A stretch of DNA of 64,000 nucleotides from a virus, in the IMG/VR virus record IMGVR_UViG_3300023278_003531, positions 35,631 to 99,630 of that record. One strand, given 5' to 3'. Shown in pieces: positions 10,160 to 20,196 of the stretch. The first letter of the stretch is position 1; each line of letters starts with the position of its first letter. Below the pieces are notes generated by a model. It made no database searches. It was not told where the DNA came from and saw only the letters and a list, made by a program, of their open reading frames with translations. The position numbers were made by a program, and so were the translations under genes.

Positions 10160-11488
10160 TTACGTAGTCCTTAGTATTCTGGGACGTACAAATACCTTAC
10201 GAAGCTTGTTATCCACTCTTACTTCTAGGGTAGAGATATCCACACCGTGTTCTACCCCATATACCTCAAAAGAGAGTCCGGTTCTGTTATCAACAAAAGA
10301 ATCACAAGGACCGGGCTCCATGTTTATGTATATGGGCTCATTACTTTCCTCCACATCAAACGCACAGACGAAGAGCGATCGGTTCTGGAGTTCGGAAAGA
10401 TCCCTTGCCTCCATGGAAAGGGTCACATTAGAATCATAATTCCAAGGAGCATCGGGGTGTGTATAAGTTACATGGTATCCAGTAGCGGTAGCGCCTATTG
10501 GGACTCCAGAGACAGTAGCAAAGTCCTGGATAGTTATTGCGTCTAAGGTCACACCACTGCAGACAGTGATTCCCTCCACCGACAGCCTAATAGAATCCGG
10601 ATCTACTCCCTCCCCGAAATCTAAAACATCGAAGGAAACAGGAGCAACTACGGATGCTCCCGATGATCCACATGAAGGGAGAATATTTCTGTAAAAGGGG
10701 GGTCGTACATCTGGAACCGTCTGCCATTCACAATGAATGAAGAAGGTATTTTCCGGCTCGGCGGTGTCGTCTATGGTAAGTTCTACCACCACCGTGGAGT
10801 CGTATAAGAAATTACTAGGGGGATCATAGAACAACTGGAGACCGTTAGGAATACTAGAAATAACGAACGTAGGACTATCCTGAACCTCGACCCCCTGCAC
10901 TTTAAATATAAGAGTATCGGCATCTAAAGGCGACCCGAAGTCGCGAATTCTCCAAAGAATGTTAGTATTTACTGCATTTTTTACACTCAAGCAGGGGGGA
11001 AATACCAACTCCAAAAAATCAAACTGGGTGATCTGAAACGAATTGCTAATCTCGGGCTCTTGTTGAATCGGCCTGCTTAAGGTACTACCAGCAGTAGTAA
11101 TACCAAACTGCTCTAAAGGCTGACCATCGTCCTCAAACCCCAGCTGCTGGACAGGGGTTTCGGGCTTGGTATCGTGGGTAGAATTAGGATGATTAGCAGT
11201 AACTAGAAGATGTTGCTGAATGGCGTGATCGTTCTCAGGATCAGGGAAACCGGCTGCAAATACTAAATCACCCAACTGCCGGATCGGCTTAGAATAAGAT
11301 CCCGTCGGATTGTTGTGCCCGTCGGGCCGAGTACGTACAGTAAGACGCTGTTCAATGGGTTCAGACTGGGTATTTAATTTGAGAGAGGTCTGAGTTATAG
11401 GCCTACTAACATCAGGCGTTATACCTCCAGGATTAGTGGTCAGATCACCTTTCTGAACGCTGATCGCTTCTAGTACTTGAGAGCCCAT
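10160..11488 (-). CDS. virion protein with three tandem Ig-like repeats (442 aa)
   Basis: Repeats WRIRDFGSPLDADTL, FDVLDFGEGVDPDSI and FEVYGVEHGVDISTL, the same type as in 4375..7707. Confidence 0.65.
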   Translation of the reverse strand: MGSQVLEAISVQKGDLTTNPGGITPDVSRPITQTSLKLNTQSEPIEQRLTVRTRPDGHNNPTGSYSKPIRQLGDLVFAAGFPDPENDHAIQQHLLVTANHPNSTHDTKPETPVQQLGFEDDGQPLEQFGITTAGSTLSRPIQQEPEISNSFQITQFDFLELVFPPCLSVKNAVNTNILWRIRDFGSPLDADTLIFKVQGVEVQDSPTFVISSIPNGLQLFYDPPSNFLYDSTVVVELTIDDTAEPENTFFIHCEWQTVPDVRPPFYRNILPSCGSSGASVVAPVSFDVLDFGEGVDPDSIRLSVEGITVCSGVTLDAITIQDFATVSGVPIGATATGYHVTYTHPDAPWNYDSNVTLSMEARDLSELQNRSLFVCAFDVEESNEPIYINMEPGPCDSFVDNRTGLSFEVYGVEHGVDISTLEVRVDNKLRKVFVRPRILRTT

Positions 11489-12822
11489 TAGGGCAGAACC
11501 TGCGCTTTGACATCCATCAGTAAGTCTATGGCAGTCACACTAGGAGTGAATTCTGAACTTGCTCTTCCCAAAATGTCCGTACCGCTAATTGCAGGATCCA
11601 TAGTACCTGGGATACCGGCGGCTCCTGCATTATTAACTGTAGTCGTGAATTGAATATCCTTTCCCAGAACTGGGAAATTATACTGGTCTCTAACTTCTGC
11701 GGTCACCGTAAATTTACGAGACTTAGGAGATGATAGAGAGATTGCAAACCTGGTGGGAGAAAAGTTCAGGGCAATAGATTTTATAAAAGAGAGATTGGTC
11801 TCCGTCTGGAAGTTATAATCCGGCGCTCGATTTATTGTAGTATAGGTTCCAGTAGGTATATCCTCAGTCGTCTCTTTCTGCTGCAACTTGTAATAGAGAT
11901 TATTATCCAAATCAGAAATGAGATCAAATGCCTCTATCAAGTTAGCTCTATCCGCCGCCATCAAGTTGATTGTGATGGAAGACTCTATAGCCCAAACAGG
12001 GGCGCCCAAATTAACGGTCAGCAACATCGGGCCTCTAATAAAAGAAAGACGGGTCTGATCAAAGTCTGCCGCCACCACCGCGTTATACTTTCTACCAGTA
12101 GTAGTAGTTAGGGGCGACTTGCTGGGATATTCAAAACTACTTAGAGACCCCTCATCATCCTCACCTCTCCCAGAAAAGGAATGATCATTGAAGACCCAAA
12201 TCTTCTTGGTCACACTTACAGGATCGGAGTTATTGTAGTTGCTGGCCAACCCTCCCTGTTTTAGGAACAAAACAGTATTGTTTAGCTGATTGAGTCCTCC
12301 AACAATGAGACTCTCCTCTTGTCCCTCAGACCCTGCAAAAGTACTGGGGCCCAGATATAACTCATCTCCCAATGCAATTTCAGAGATGTCATTAAGCTGT
12401 ATGGAGGAACTGCCTTGGGTTGTAGAACCTACAAGCTGTCTGTGATAGTGTTCTATCGCAAACGCTCTAGACTCATATACCGTATTTGGCTGATTGAGTA
12501 GGGTCAATTCATCTTGCCAACGCAGCTCGGAAGGAGATGCGGTGGGGAACAAATTGGTCTTGTGGGGAAAAAGTCTCCACTTCTTAATCACTATGCCTAA
12601 ATCAGAAGGTAATTCTTCCAAAGTCCAAAAGAAAGTACCGTCGTAATGCAACTCAATGACCGGATTTCTTAGCTGAGAAAGGGTAATGGGAAAAGTATCT
12701 ACCACATCTCCATCAGCTTCCACTTGGAACAATGCATCTACACTCTTGTTTATCGTGTAGAAAAAACCGGTCAGCGGGCCGAATGAAAAATTACCATCAT
12801 TGATGCTTATGTTATCTGGCAT
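11488..12822 (-). CDS. virion protein with C-terminal Big-1-like domain; paralogue of 12837..14183
   Basis: GFFY..YDGTFFWTLE N-terminus; C-terminal FTVTAEVRDQYNFPVLGKDIQFT...GRASSEFT. Confidence 0.7.
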   Translation of the reverse strand: MPDNISINDGNFSFGPLTGFFYTINKSVDALFQVEADGDVVDTFPITLSQLRNPVIELHYDGTFFWTLEELPSDLGIVIKKWRLFPHKTNLFPTASPSELRWQDELTLLNQPNTVYESRAFAIEHYHRQLVGSTTQGSSSIQLNDISEIALGDELYLGPSTFAGSEGQEESLIVGGLNQLNNTVLFLKQGGLASNYNNSDPVSVTKKIWVFNDHSFSGRGEDDEGSLSSFEYPSKSPLTTTTGRKYNAVVAADFDQTRLSFIRGPMLLTVNLGAPVWAIESSITINLMAADRANLIEAFDLISDLDNNLYYKLQQKETTEDIPTGTYTTINRAPDYNFQTETNLSFIKSIALNFSPTRFAISLSSPKSRKFTVTAEVRDQYNFPVLGKDIQFTTTVNNAGAAGIPGTMDPAISGTDILGRASSEFTPSVTAIDLLMDVKAQVLP

Positions 12823-12836
12823 GGAGTCCCCGCCCC

Positions 12837-14183
12837 CTAAATGCTAACCACCGCAGATATAGTAACCAGTCCCGCAGTATCACCTGCGGTATAAGTCACG
12901 GTCGCCTGACCGTTCGAGTCTAGGGAAATAGAACCAGTCTCTGAAAGACCAGAACCAGTACCACCCCCACTGGTCTGGAAAACAATAGTAGCTGCTGGTG
13001 TTTGTAGGTAAGGAAGTGCGTACTGATCGGTAACCGTAGCGGTAATGACCGAAGTAGAAATTTGATCCGCAGCCAAAATAGCAGGGGCCGAAGACAAAGC
13101 AATTGCGGTTGGGAAGGGCTTGAATGTGGCTAACTGGTAGTTGTAGGTAGATTCAGTAGATTCAGTACCATCAATGTTAAACTTCTGTTGAAGTCTGAAC
13201 AGAGTATCTTTTTCCAATGCGAAATCAAAAACGGTATATACTGTATTAGAATCCGGGCTTAGATTATTCTGAATAGCAGATAATTCCGTAATAAGTTGAG
13301 GGTCTAACGCATCTATGAAAAGGAGATTGTTGGTACGTATGAAAATAATATAACTACGCTTATTGAATTGAGACAACGACCCGTCAAATACTCCTCCCGA
13401 AGGATTACTAGGAGTAACACCCGCTTCGATAAGATCAACGAAAGTAGCAGCATCCACATCCTTATAAGCACCCCCTGAGGTTCTGGACAGAACAGTACCC
13501 TGTTGGATACTAATCTTATACAACGCCCCTGCATCCTGAGACTTCAAGTAATGCTGATTAAATACCCAGAGATTCTTACTAAATACTACCGTATCGCCCG
13601 CATTAAACCCTACGGTTTTGTCCGCAGAGAGCGTAACGACCTTAGTGGCAGGATTAGTTGAGGAAACAGTAACTCTAAGAGACTGCCCTGTGAAATCAGT
13701 AGGAGATGTCTTAGTACTAGGCCCAATGAACATAGTGGTTCCTGCGGTCAGTAATCCAAATATATTGGAATCTACAGAGTTATCGAAACTAACCGTTATA
13801 GTATCAGTATTCTCAGCACCGCCTGCAAGCACTGTACCTGTGTACATCTCCAGTGAAAATGCATTAGCTTCGAAATCATCAGTGGCATTGGACGCAAAAC
13901 TATATGATTGCTGCAATACCATAACAAAGTTGGAAATAACCCACCTCTTGATGATAAAACCATCAGACGCCGTAGCAGACAGATGCTCCATAGTCCACCA
14001 GCTTTCCCCATCGTATGTCATATCAATCACTTCTCGGGAAATAGATGTGTCCAGAGGATAAGCGAAAGCCAACGTACCATCATCCGTCTTCTGGATCATG
14101 GTATCCGTGGCCTGATCGAAGCTGTAAAAATAACCATCTACGCGAGTGACGTTGCCGTTAAGTAGGCGAACATTCTGAATCAT
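12837..14183 (-). CDS. virion protein with C-terminal Big-1 domain; paralogue of 11488..12822
   Basis: GYFY..YDGESWWTME N-terminus; C-terminal STSVITATVTDQYALP...NGQATVTYTAGDTAGLVTISA. Confidence 0.7.
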   Translation of the reverse strand: MIQNVRLLNGNVTRVDGYFYSFDQATDTMIQKTDDGTLAFAYPLDTSISREVIDMTYDGESWWTMEHLSATASDGFIIKRWVISNFVMVLQQSYSFASNATDDFEANAFSLEMYTGTVLAGGAENTDTITVSFDNSVDSNIFGLLTAGTTMFIGPSTKTSPTDFTGQSLRVTVSSTNPATKVVTLSADKTVGFNAGDTVVFSKNLWVFNQHYLKSQDAGALYKISIQQGTVLSRTSGGAYKDVDAATFVDLIEAGVTPSNPSGGVFDGSLSQFNKRSYIIFIRTNNLLFIDALDPQLITELSAIQNNLSPDSNTVYTVFDFALEKDTLFRLQQKFNIDGTESTESTYNYQLATFKPFPTAIALSSAPAILAADQISTSVITATVTDQYALPYLQTPAATIVFQTSGGGTGSGLSETGSISLDSNGQATVTYTAGDTAGLVTISAVVSI

Positions 14184-14192
14184 GTATCTCTC

Positions 14193-14807
14193 CTAGTTAT
14201 AGGATCTTTTGGGCCTGTATATTATCTGAAAATCAAACACATTTCCTCTAAACTCCACGGACTCTCCTGACTGCGCCACGCCACTTGTGATTATAGGAAA
14301 ACCATTCAACGTCATCTGAAGTGTGGATAAATCTAAACCTGAGGAAGGCAAAGGCTCGGTAATGCGATAAATAACATTAGACTGGATATGTACATCCGTG
14401 TTAGCGTCTAACGCGGGCTCTGCACTTTCGAGTTGGGGAGGTTTGTTATCGGGGAGTAAAGCAGTCCAAGCCACTCTATCACCAATTCTTCCCATAGCTG
14501 CCTGTATTTCTTCGTGGAATGTTTCTTCTGAAATAAGATTAACGAACTCCGGCGGGATAGGTTGTCCTGTATCCTTATCCAACTCATCTCGAGGAGGGGC
14601 TACCATCAACAACCATATGGAATCACCTTCCGGATCTGTTAGATTAGGAAATTCAATCCCGGACGCGGTCACCCCTGAAATAGTGGGGACCTGATCAGGC
14701 CTAACCGGGTTCTTAAAGGATTTTACAGGGTCTAGCTGGAGAGATACTGTAAGAGGAACAATTTTATCATCGGGAGCCCTACTATTTCGAAGATAAAATA
14801 CGACCAT
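14193..14807 (-). CDS. virion protein with C-terminal Ig-like domain
   Basis: PEGDSIW motif shared with 14811..15767; KPPQLESAEP...GLDLSTLQMTLNG Ig-like repeat. Confidence 0.65.
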   Translation of the reverse strand: MVVFYLRNSRAPDDKIVPLTVSLQLDPVKSFKNPVRPDQVPTISGVTASGIEFPNLTDPEGDSIWLLMVAPPRDELDKDTGQPIPPEFVNLISEETFHEEIQAAMGRIGDRVAWTALLPDNKPPQLESAEPALDANTDVHIQSNVIYRITEPLPSSGLDLSTLQMTLNGFPIITSGVAQSGESVEFRGNVFDFQIIYRPKRSYN

Positions 14808-14810
14808 TAA

Positions 14811-15767
14811 TTACGCCGAGAAGTCTATTTGATTTACGATGCTGTCGATCTGGAATCTGTAAAGCGCATCCAGTGTAGTAATAGCAGATACAGGAGATGC
14901 TGTTTCAATCTCGTGATACTTTCGTACCTGAGAACCTCCACTATAGGTCGTTGACAGTCCGGTAGTTATTCCTGAAGTCGTTACAAATCTAATCTCGGAC
15001 GCACTCAGCCCTCCGGTCACTCCCGCACCAGAAATGAGAACTATCTGGGAATTAACAGTGTCTCTGACCTCAAGCGCAGATCCTGCTGAGAAGCCCGCAG
15101 TGCTTACAACTTCTAGAAGATCTCCAGAAGAGTAGTCTGATGCTAAAGTGGTCTGGGCGATCTGACGAGCAGCAAGCAGCTCGCTGGAAACAAACAGGTG
15201 GAGTCCCAAAGTCTCTCTAATGTCAGTTCCTGAATCAGGAACATCGATTGCAACAGAACTCCTACCCGAGCCCGTGAATTTCTCAGTCACTGTTCCAGAC
15301 TCAATGCTGAATACACCATTAAGGAAACGTACCTGCGCATTGAGATAAGAAAGATTTCCTATCTTTGCGCCGCCGGCACCGATATCAGCCTCTAATCGAA
15401 GTTTATCTTCTATGTCCTGCGCAACGTCGGCCGGGAGAAGATTTGTCCCCACCTCTAGAGTGATATCCACTCCGGATCCGATTGCTTCGTCGAGCGCGAC
15501 CTTTAAACCACTAGACGCTCCGATATCTATTAGTGCGGTTGTGGGTGCCGTACCTCGCAAAAATCCTCTTACCATTTCGTTCTTGAATATGTTTTGGATT
15601 GCTCCCCCACCAGACGCGGTTGCAGTCGTGGTTGAAGAAGTAACCCAGATTTCGTCACCTTCCGGATTGCCACCATTAGGAACTACTTGCGCGATATCTA
15701 ATGTGATGGTCTTTGCTGTTCCGCCCGGGAAATTTACTATATCCTTCACTGTAACATTGATTGCCAT
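14811..15767 (-). CDS. tail-associated structural protein (318 aa)
   Basis: PEGDEIW motif; RBS supplied by the end of the upstream HNH gene (AGGAGG ATT TAA ATG). Confidence 0.7.
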   Translation of the reverse strand: MAINVTVKDIVNFPGGTAKTITLDIAQVVPNGGNPEGDEIWVTSSTTTATASGGGAIQNIFKNEMVRGFLRGTAPTTALIDIGASSGLKVALDEAIGSGVDITLEVGTNLLPADVAQDIEDKLRLEADIGAGGAKIGNLSYLNAQVRFLNGVFSIESGTVTEKFTGSGRSSVAIDVPDSGTDIRETLGLHLFVSSELLAARQIAQTTLASDYSSGDLLEVVSTAGFSAGSALEVRDTVNSQIVLISGAGVTGGLSASEIRFVTTSGITTGLSTTYSGGSQVRKYHEIETASPVSAITTLDALYRFQIDSIVNQIDFSA

Positions 15768-16364
15768 TTAAATCTCCTCCTTTTCTGCTAGGAATTCCTC
15801 AACAGTTTTTGTATGTTTTCTTAGATTACAAAAGGGACAGGACAAACATAGGTTTTTGTCATCATGAAGTCCTCCCCGGGAAACGGGAACCATGTACTCT
15901 AAATGCCATTTATCTAGTTTCTCCTGGCAATAGTAACACATACCATCCTGTTCTTTAGATAATTTTTCAATTATGTCTGGGGAAACCACACCCATCTGAT
16001 CTTTTAGACTTACATAGTATTTATGCTTGTATAGTCTACGTTTATCAGGATTACTATCCCACCATTCTCTGTGCTTCTTAGATATTTCAGTCTTGTTAAG
16101 TTGATACCATTCGGAAAGATATTTCTTTCTACGGTATCTGTTTTCTTCTTCCCAAGCGGCGCGATATTCCTTAAATCTTTCTCCATTTTCCTTAAGCCAT
16201 TCTCGTGATTTTCTGTCCTTGTGTTCTTTATTTCTAATATACCAATTTTTAGAAGATTTAGAAATACAATACTTACAATAACTGGTAAGACCATCTTTGT
16301 TACGAGAACATTTACTAAACTCATAGTCTCTTTTATCTTCTTTACATTTTCTACAATTCTTCAT
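15768..16364 (-). CDS. HNH endonuclease, catalytic His apparently replaced by Tyr
   Basis: Probable start ATG at 16364 (ATGA overlap with the upstream stop). CxxC...C N-terminal Zn finger; CYYC..HLEYMVPVSRGG..NL..CPFCN. Confidence 0.8.
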   Translation of the reverse strand: MKNCRKCKEDKRDYEFSKCSRNKDGLTSYCKYCISKSSKNWYIRNKEHKDRKSREWLKENGERFKEYRAAWEEENRYRRKKYLSEWYQLNKTEISKKHREWWDSNPDKRRLYKHKYYVSLKDQMGVVSPDIIEKLSKEQDGMCYYCQEKLDKWHLEYMVPVSRGGLHDDKNLCLSCPFCNLRKHTKTVEEFLAEKEEI

Positions 16365-16768
16365 ATCTGATAATACCTTGTGCCCGAAACTATTGTTCTG
16401 CCTTGCTCTAAAGCCTCCACCGTCCCAGAAACTGCAGGATCGGAATCGGCACACGCTGTGGAACCTGGAGTAGGTACAAACCGCCTCCCATGTTGTGTAA
16501 CTTCTGTCGTTGCGGTACCTATGTAATAAGGGCACCCGTTGTCTGCACAAACCCATCCCAGATAACCTCCTCCTAGGGAATAGGTGTGCATGCGGCCGCT
16601 GGTCTCATGATGATGTACCTTCTCGCCGCCCGGCACTTCAGCATTCTGATTATAGTCTGTTATCTGTGTCGAGTATGGACAGTATCGCCAAGTCTTAGCA
16701 CCTCTAACTTTACTTCCCGAAACTACCGGACCCGGCTCAAATATACCCCCCGATGGTAGAATTGTCAT
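16361..16768 (-). CDS. Cys-containing tail-tip protein (135 aa)
   Basis: Coupled to its neighbours; four Cys (RYCPY, VCADNGCPY, TAC). Confidence 0.65.
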   Translation of the reverse strand: MTILPSGGIFEPGPVVSGSKVRGAKTWRYCPYSTQITDYNQNAEVPGGEKVHHHETSGRMHTYSLGGGYLGWVCADNGCPYYIGTATTEVTQHGRRFVPTPGSTACADSDPAVSGTVEALEQGRTIVSGTRYYQI

Positions 16769-17182
16769 CTAGTACTTCCTCTCCCCTTCCTTCTTATGGA
16801 CTTCACTCCAGTAAACTAAAAGGTATGGATGCTTAGATTCTTCATGCTCTTTGCAATCAATCAGGATCCAATCATCATTCTCTAGTCTTTCTAAAACATT
16901 TACGTACTTACCTTGTACCCACACCTCTTTCAAAAAAACTTTGTCATCCCTGTAATTTACCCCTTTCCACTTCAGAACAGCCTGGTAATAGTCATCCATT
17001 GCCGCCAAAATAACGTGCTGCTTAGTCATATCCAACATAAGCTGATCGTCGTCATTGATCTGGGCGGCATCACTAAGAACAGGTCCTGTAAAATAAGCAC
17101 CCTTGAGTACTGCCTTGTCGTCCTGGGGATACTCTACCGAATCCCAGTGTAGTTCCAAACGATATTTCTTCAAAACATCCAT
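16769..17182 (-). CDS. hypothetical protein (137 aa)
   Basis: Abuts the downstream gene and reads as a globular protein; no recognised motif. Confidence 0.7.
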   Translation of the reverse strand: MDVLKKYRLELHWDSVEYPQDDKAVLKGAYFTGPVLSDAAQINDDDQLMLDMTKQHVILAAMDDYYQAVLKWKGVNYRDDKVFLKEVWVQGKYVNVLERLENDDWILIDCKEHEESKHPYLLVYWSEVHKKEGERKY

Positions 17183-17195
17183 ACTAAAACTCCGA

Positions 17196-17885
17196 TTAAA
17201 AGAAGATCAACTGGTGGGGAATGCTGGCGGAAGAAGTTCCTCGCTTTCCGTCCTCCTTACCCACACCGCCACCAATCTGGGTAGCCTTACCAAAATCCTG
17301 GTCGTCGTCCTGACCTAAACCAGGAGAACCTGCACTCACGTTTATGTTCCTTCCCGTGGCATCAACTAATCCTGGGGTACCTGTTGTACTATCTACCAGA
17401 ACCAGACCATCGTTAGAAACAATATCCGTTCCTGTAATTCTATTACCTTCAGAGAATCCCTGAATGTAAGCAATGTTACCCGTAAAGCCTGCAATCTGAG
17501 GCTTACCCGACAAGCTCCAACTCTCCTGTCCATATCCCTGGAAATCCTTTGAGTAGGAGAATCCAGTGATAAACAGCGCATTACTTCCTGTACGTGTAAT
17601 GGGAACGACTGAACCCGTGCAGGGGGCGGGAGTTATTGTGACATCCATCTTAGCAGTTGAATCTGCACAAGAGGTAGAGGGTGTAAGGGTAACAGGAGTC
17701 GAAGCTCCACCATAGCTAGAAATGCTGGAACTTTCCTGGGTAGTGACATTAGTGTCGAAAGCGTCGAAGCTCCCCAACTGAAACAAGCGTTCTACCTGAG
17801 GGGCTATGGTGAAACTAACAGACACAAATCCACTAGATATTTTATCAGATGTAACTGTGGTTCCCGCGCCGATTATAACCGCCAT
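17196..17885 (-). CDS. tail-tube-fold-like tail-tip protein (229 aa)
   Basis: FVSVSFTIAPQVERLFQLG resembles TEDIFELG / REPLFELS of the tail tube protein 39702..41582. Confidence 0.55.
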   Translation of the reverse strand: MAVIIGAGTTVTSDKISSGFVSVSFTIAPQVERLFQLGSFDAFDTNVTTQESSSISSYGGASTPVTLTPSTSCADSTAKMDVTITPAPCTGSVVPITRTGSNALFITGFSYSKDFQGYGQESWSLSGKPQIAGFTGNIAYIQGFSEGNRITGTDIVSNDGLVLVDSTTGTPGLVDATGRNINVSAGSPGLGQDDDQDFGKATQIGGGVGKEDGKRGTSSASIPHQLIFF

Positions 17886-18098
17886 CTATTCCTGTTCCTC
17901 CTTTTTGGGCTTGGGGTTCCCACAAATGGAACAAGGATCACCCATGGTCAGCGCATCGCAGGAAGTACATTTACCAATCTTACCAACAATCTCATCCGCC
18001 TTTGCGCGCTGGGCTGAAGAAAGATACGCATACTTCTGATAATATCCCGCAGCGCCGTCTTTATTCACCCTATTGTCTGGTCTTCCGCAGCAGCCCAT
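17886..18098 (-). CDS. small Zn-ribbon protein
   Basis: Probable start MGCCG at 18098 after AAGGAG; CTSC...CSIC motif. Confidence 0.65.
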   Translation of the reverse strand: MGCCGRPDNRVNKDGAAGYYQKYAYLSSAQRAKADEIVGKIGKCTSCDALTMGDPCSICGNPKPKKEEQE

Positions 18099-18109
18099 AT
18101 TATATCTCC

Positions 18110-18400
18110 TTAGGGGGTAGTTCCGCGAGGACAATCATCCGCGCAACCCGTCGCTATTAGTGTTATTTTATGTTCAAATACCGTAGGGATTGACGCTGGA
18201 ATTACTCCAGAACCTACCTCTGTAATATATCCTTTGAAATCCACGCCGCCAAAAGTTAATTCCGTGTAGTTGCGAGGGGGAGTGACCCCAGGCACCTGTT
18301 CTGTAGATACCACCGTAAAAGAAACTGTGGCTAATCCATTAGCCTGATACGTAATTGAAATCGTGGGACAATCTATAAACTCGAAAACCTCCGTAGCCAT
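18110..18400 (-). CDS. tail-tip/hub-like small protein (96 aa)
   Basis: TAATG coupling; beta-rich ATVSFTV...FKGYITEV. Confidence 0.65.
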   Translation of the reverse strand: MATEVFEFIDCPTISITYQANGLATVSFTVVSTEQVPGVTPPRNYTELTFGGVDFKGYITEVGSGVIPASIPTVFEHKITLIATGCADDCPRGTTP

Positions 18401-19194
18401 TAGAGTGCCTTCTTCCGTAACCTAGCTGCCGCAGAGTTTATTCGTAGGCAACTACGACACTGTCTTTGATTGGCTTTACCTGGAGGTACATACGTATTTT
18501 CCTTGCTCATCTTATGTCCATGTTTGCAAGTTTCACGAAGTATTCCTCTTTTTACTCTCTCCTGTGCGGACCTGGACATTTTTAACAGAGTCTCCTCACT
18601 ATAAGTTCTACCCAACATAGATTGTCGTATCTTATCTCTGATCTTCGTGGAAACTTGATGTCCTTTAGAAGACTCACTCATTTTTTGCTTACTCTTTTCT
18701 GCGTGTTTACGCCCCAACCAAAACTGTCTCATCTTCTCTATAGCAGCGGGCGACATCTTCTTACCTAAATTAATCCGCCTTAGTTTTTCTTTGGTTTCTT
18801 CAGAAGTTTTCCTACCTAAATTTACCTGACGCATATACTCTATTTGTTCTGGTGTTCTTTTTCTTCCTTTGTGGGCCATACCTATTTTTATTTTAGTCTC
18901 TTCGGCACAAGGTCCCCCACCCTCACCTCCTTCTTTTATATTATATCCAAGAGGCGTGCGAGAAGAAAGAATTTTAATCCAATATTTCTCCTTTTCATCC
19001 ATTTCCTTTTGACTAAAACATCTATCTATAACAGAGAAACTAAAATTAAACTGCCCGTGTTTGTTTATAGAATTTTGCAGAGCTGTACATCCACATTTAC
19101 CTCGACGGTGGGCAAGTTCCCGCTTACGTAAATTACGAGCCTGTCCTACATACACTTTATCATTAATTTCATTCTTCATTAAATAAATAAACAT
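18400..19194 (-). CDS. GIY-YIG homing endonuclease with NUMOD3 repeats
   Basis: FIYLMKN..KVYVGQA..R..H N-terminus, about seven 17-aa S-x-E-T-K-x-K-x repeats, C-terminal CKHGH...CRSC. Confidence 0.92.
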   Translation of the reverse strand: MFIYLMKNEINDKVYVGQARNLRKRELAHRRGKCGCTALQNSINKHGQFNFSFSVIDRCFSQKEMDEKEKYWIKILSSRTPLGYNIKEGGEGGGPCAEETKIKIGMAHKGRKRTPEQIEYMRQVNLGRKTSEETKEKLRRINLGKKMSPAAIEKMRQFWLGRKHAEKSKQKMSESSKGHQVSTKIRDKIRQSMLGRTYSEETLLKMSRSAQERVKRGILRETCKHGHKMSKENTYVPPGKANQRQCRSCLRINSAAARLRKKAL

Positions 19195-19196
19195 AA

Positions 19197-19535
19197 TTAA
19201 ATCAAAGACGCTCCCGGTACATCATCCTCGTTAATAATTACTCTATCGTAAGTCTCGGTGGCGGTAAAGACAATGCCTCCAGTGTCTGGATCCAGAAATC
19301 TTTGAGCAGAATAACTCGCAGAGACATAGTTTCCTCCCAGGCCAATCATATCCGTAGAACACAGGAGCTGAGCCTTATCCTCACAGGTATCTGTAATAAT
19401 CGACTCCGCTTTGAAGGTTTGCAGAACGAAACCTGAAATAGTCCCAGGAGTAGATGCTATGGAGGCACCGCAAGTATCAGACCGCGCCTGGGGACCGCTA
19501 GATCGCAATTTATAAGAGGTACTCCGCGTGACCAT
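19197..19535 (-). CDS. tail-tip structural protein (112 aa)
   Basis: TAATG coupling within the tail-tip cluster. Confidence 0.65.
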   Translation of the reverse strand: MVTRSTSYKLRSSGPQARSDTCGASIASTPGTISGFVLQTFKAESIITDTCEDKAQLLCSTDMIGLGGNYVSASYSAQRFLDPDTGGIVFTATETYDRVIINEDDVPGASLI

Positions 19536-20176
19536 TATAGAAGATCTCCTTCACATGAGGGAATTGAGTATTGAAAAGTATAACTATTAGTCGCGGCGGA
19601 AGGGGTAGTAACGGAGATGTTGAAACCAGTAAGTTTCACATCCAATCCCAAGATATTGAAATCCAGAGTATCCGCATCTGTAGTGTCGAATGTGAAGGGA
19701 GGTCCAGTCCAGATGAGATCTGAACCTAGGAACTTCTCAGTATCCACTACCCTGCTGGAAGGCCCCGACTGGGCATTAGCATTCACCGTACGGAAAGAAC
19801 AAAACTCATCCAAGAGCGTAATCCCGTCTATAGGGTCTCCCTCCCTAGATGCCTCTCCTGTTTTGGTTCTAATTATGCGGGTGATGTTATTTTCACAGTC
19901 GAAACGGTTCTGGGTGGGGAGGCTGACGCTCGCCTGAGAGGGACAGGATGTCCCCAGGAGCTTGTTTGTGGAACCTTGGAGGAAAGCATACGCGTTTATA
20001 CTCATCGTCCCTGTGGAGGGACCCTTGAGACGCTTACGGACATCGGTAAATACATTTGGAGCAGCATCGCATTGGCTCAGAATGTCAAGAAACTCTGAGG
20101 AACCAGTGAGACTGACAGAAACGATCCCGGTAAATCCTACCTCAAAAAGTCCCGCGACGACACATTCGCAAGCCAT
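19535..20176 (-). CDS. distal-tail/tube-fold-like protein (213 aa)
   Basis: AGGAGG RBS; beta-rich with GTMSINAY and a C-terminal VKLTGFNISVT..NSYTFQY. Confidence 0.6.
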   Translation of the reverse strand: MACECVVAGLFEVGFTGIVSVSLTGSSEFLDILSQCDAAPNVFTDVRKRLKGPSTGTMSINAYAFLQGSTNKLLGTSCPSQASVSLPTQNRFDCENNITRIIRTKTGEASREGDPIDGITLLDEFCSFRTVNANAQSGPSSRVVDTEKFLGSDLIWTGPPFTFDTTDADTLDFNILGLDVKLTGFNISVTTPSAATNSYTFQYSIPSCEGDLL

Positions 20177-20196
20177 GTATAATTTTTATCCTCCTA

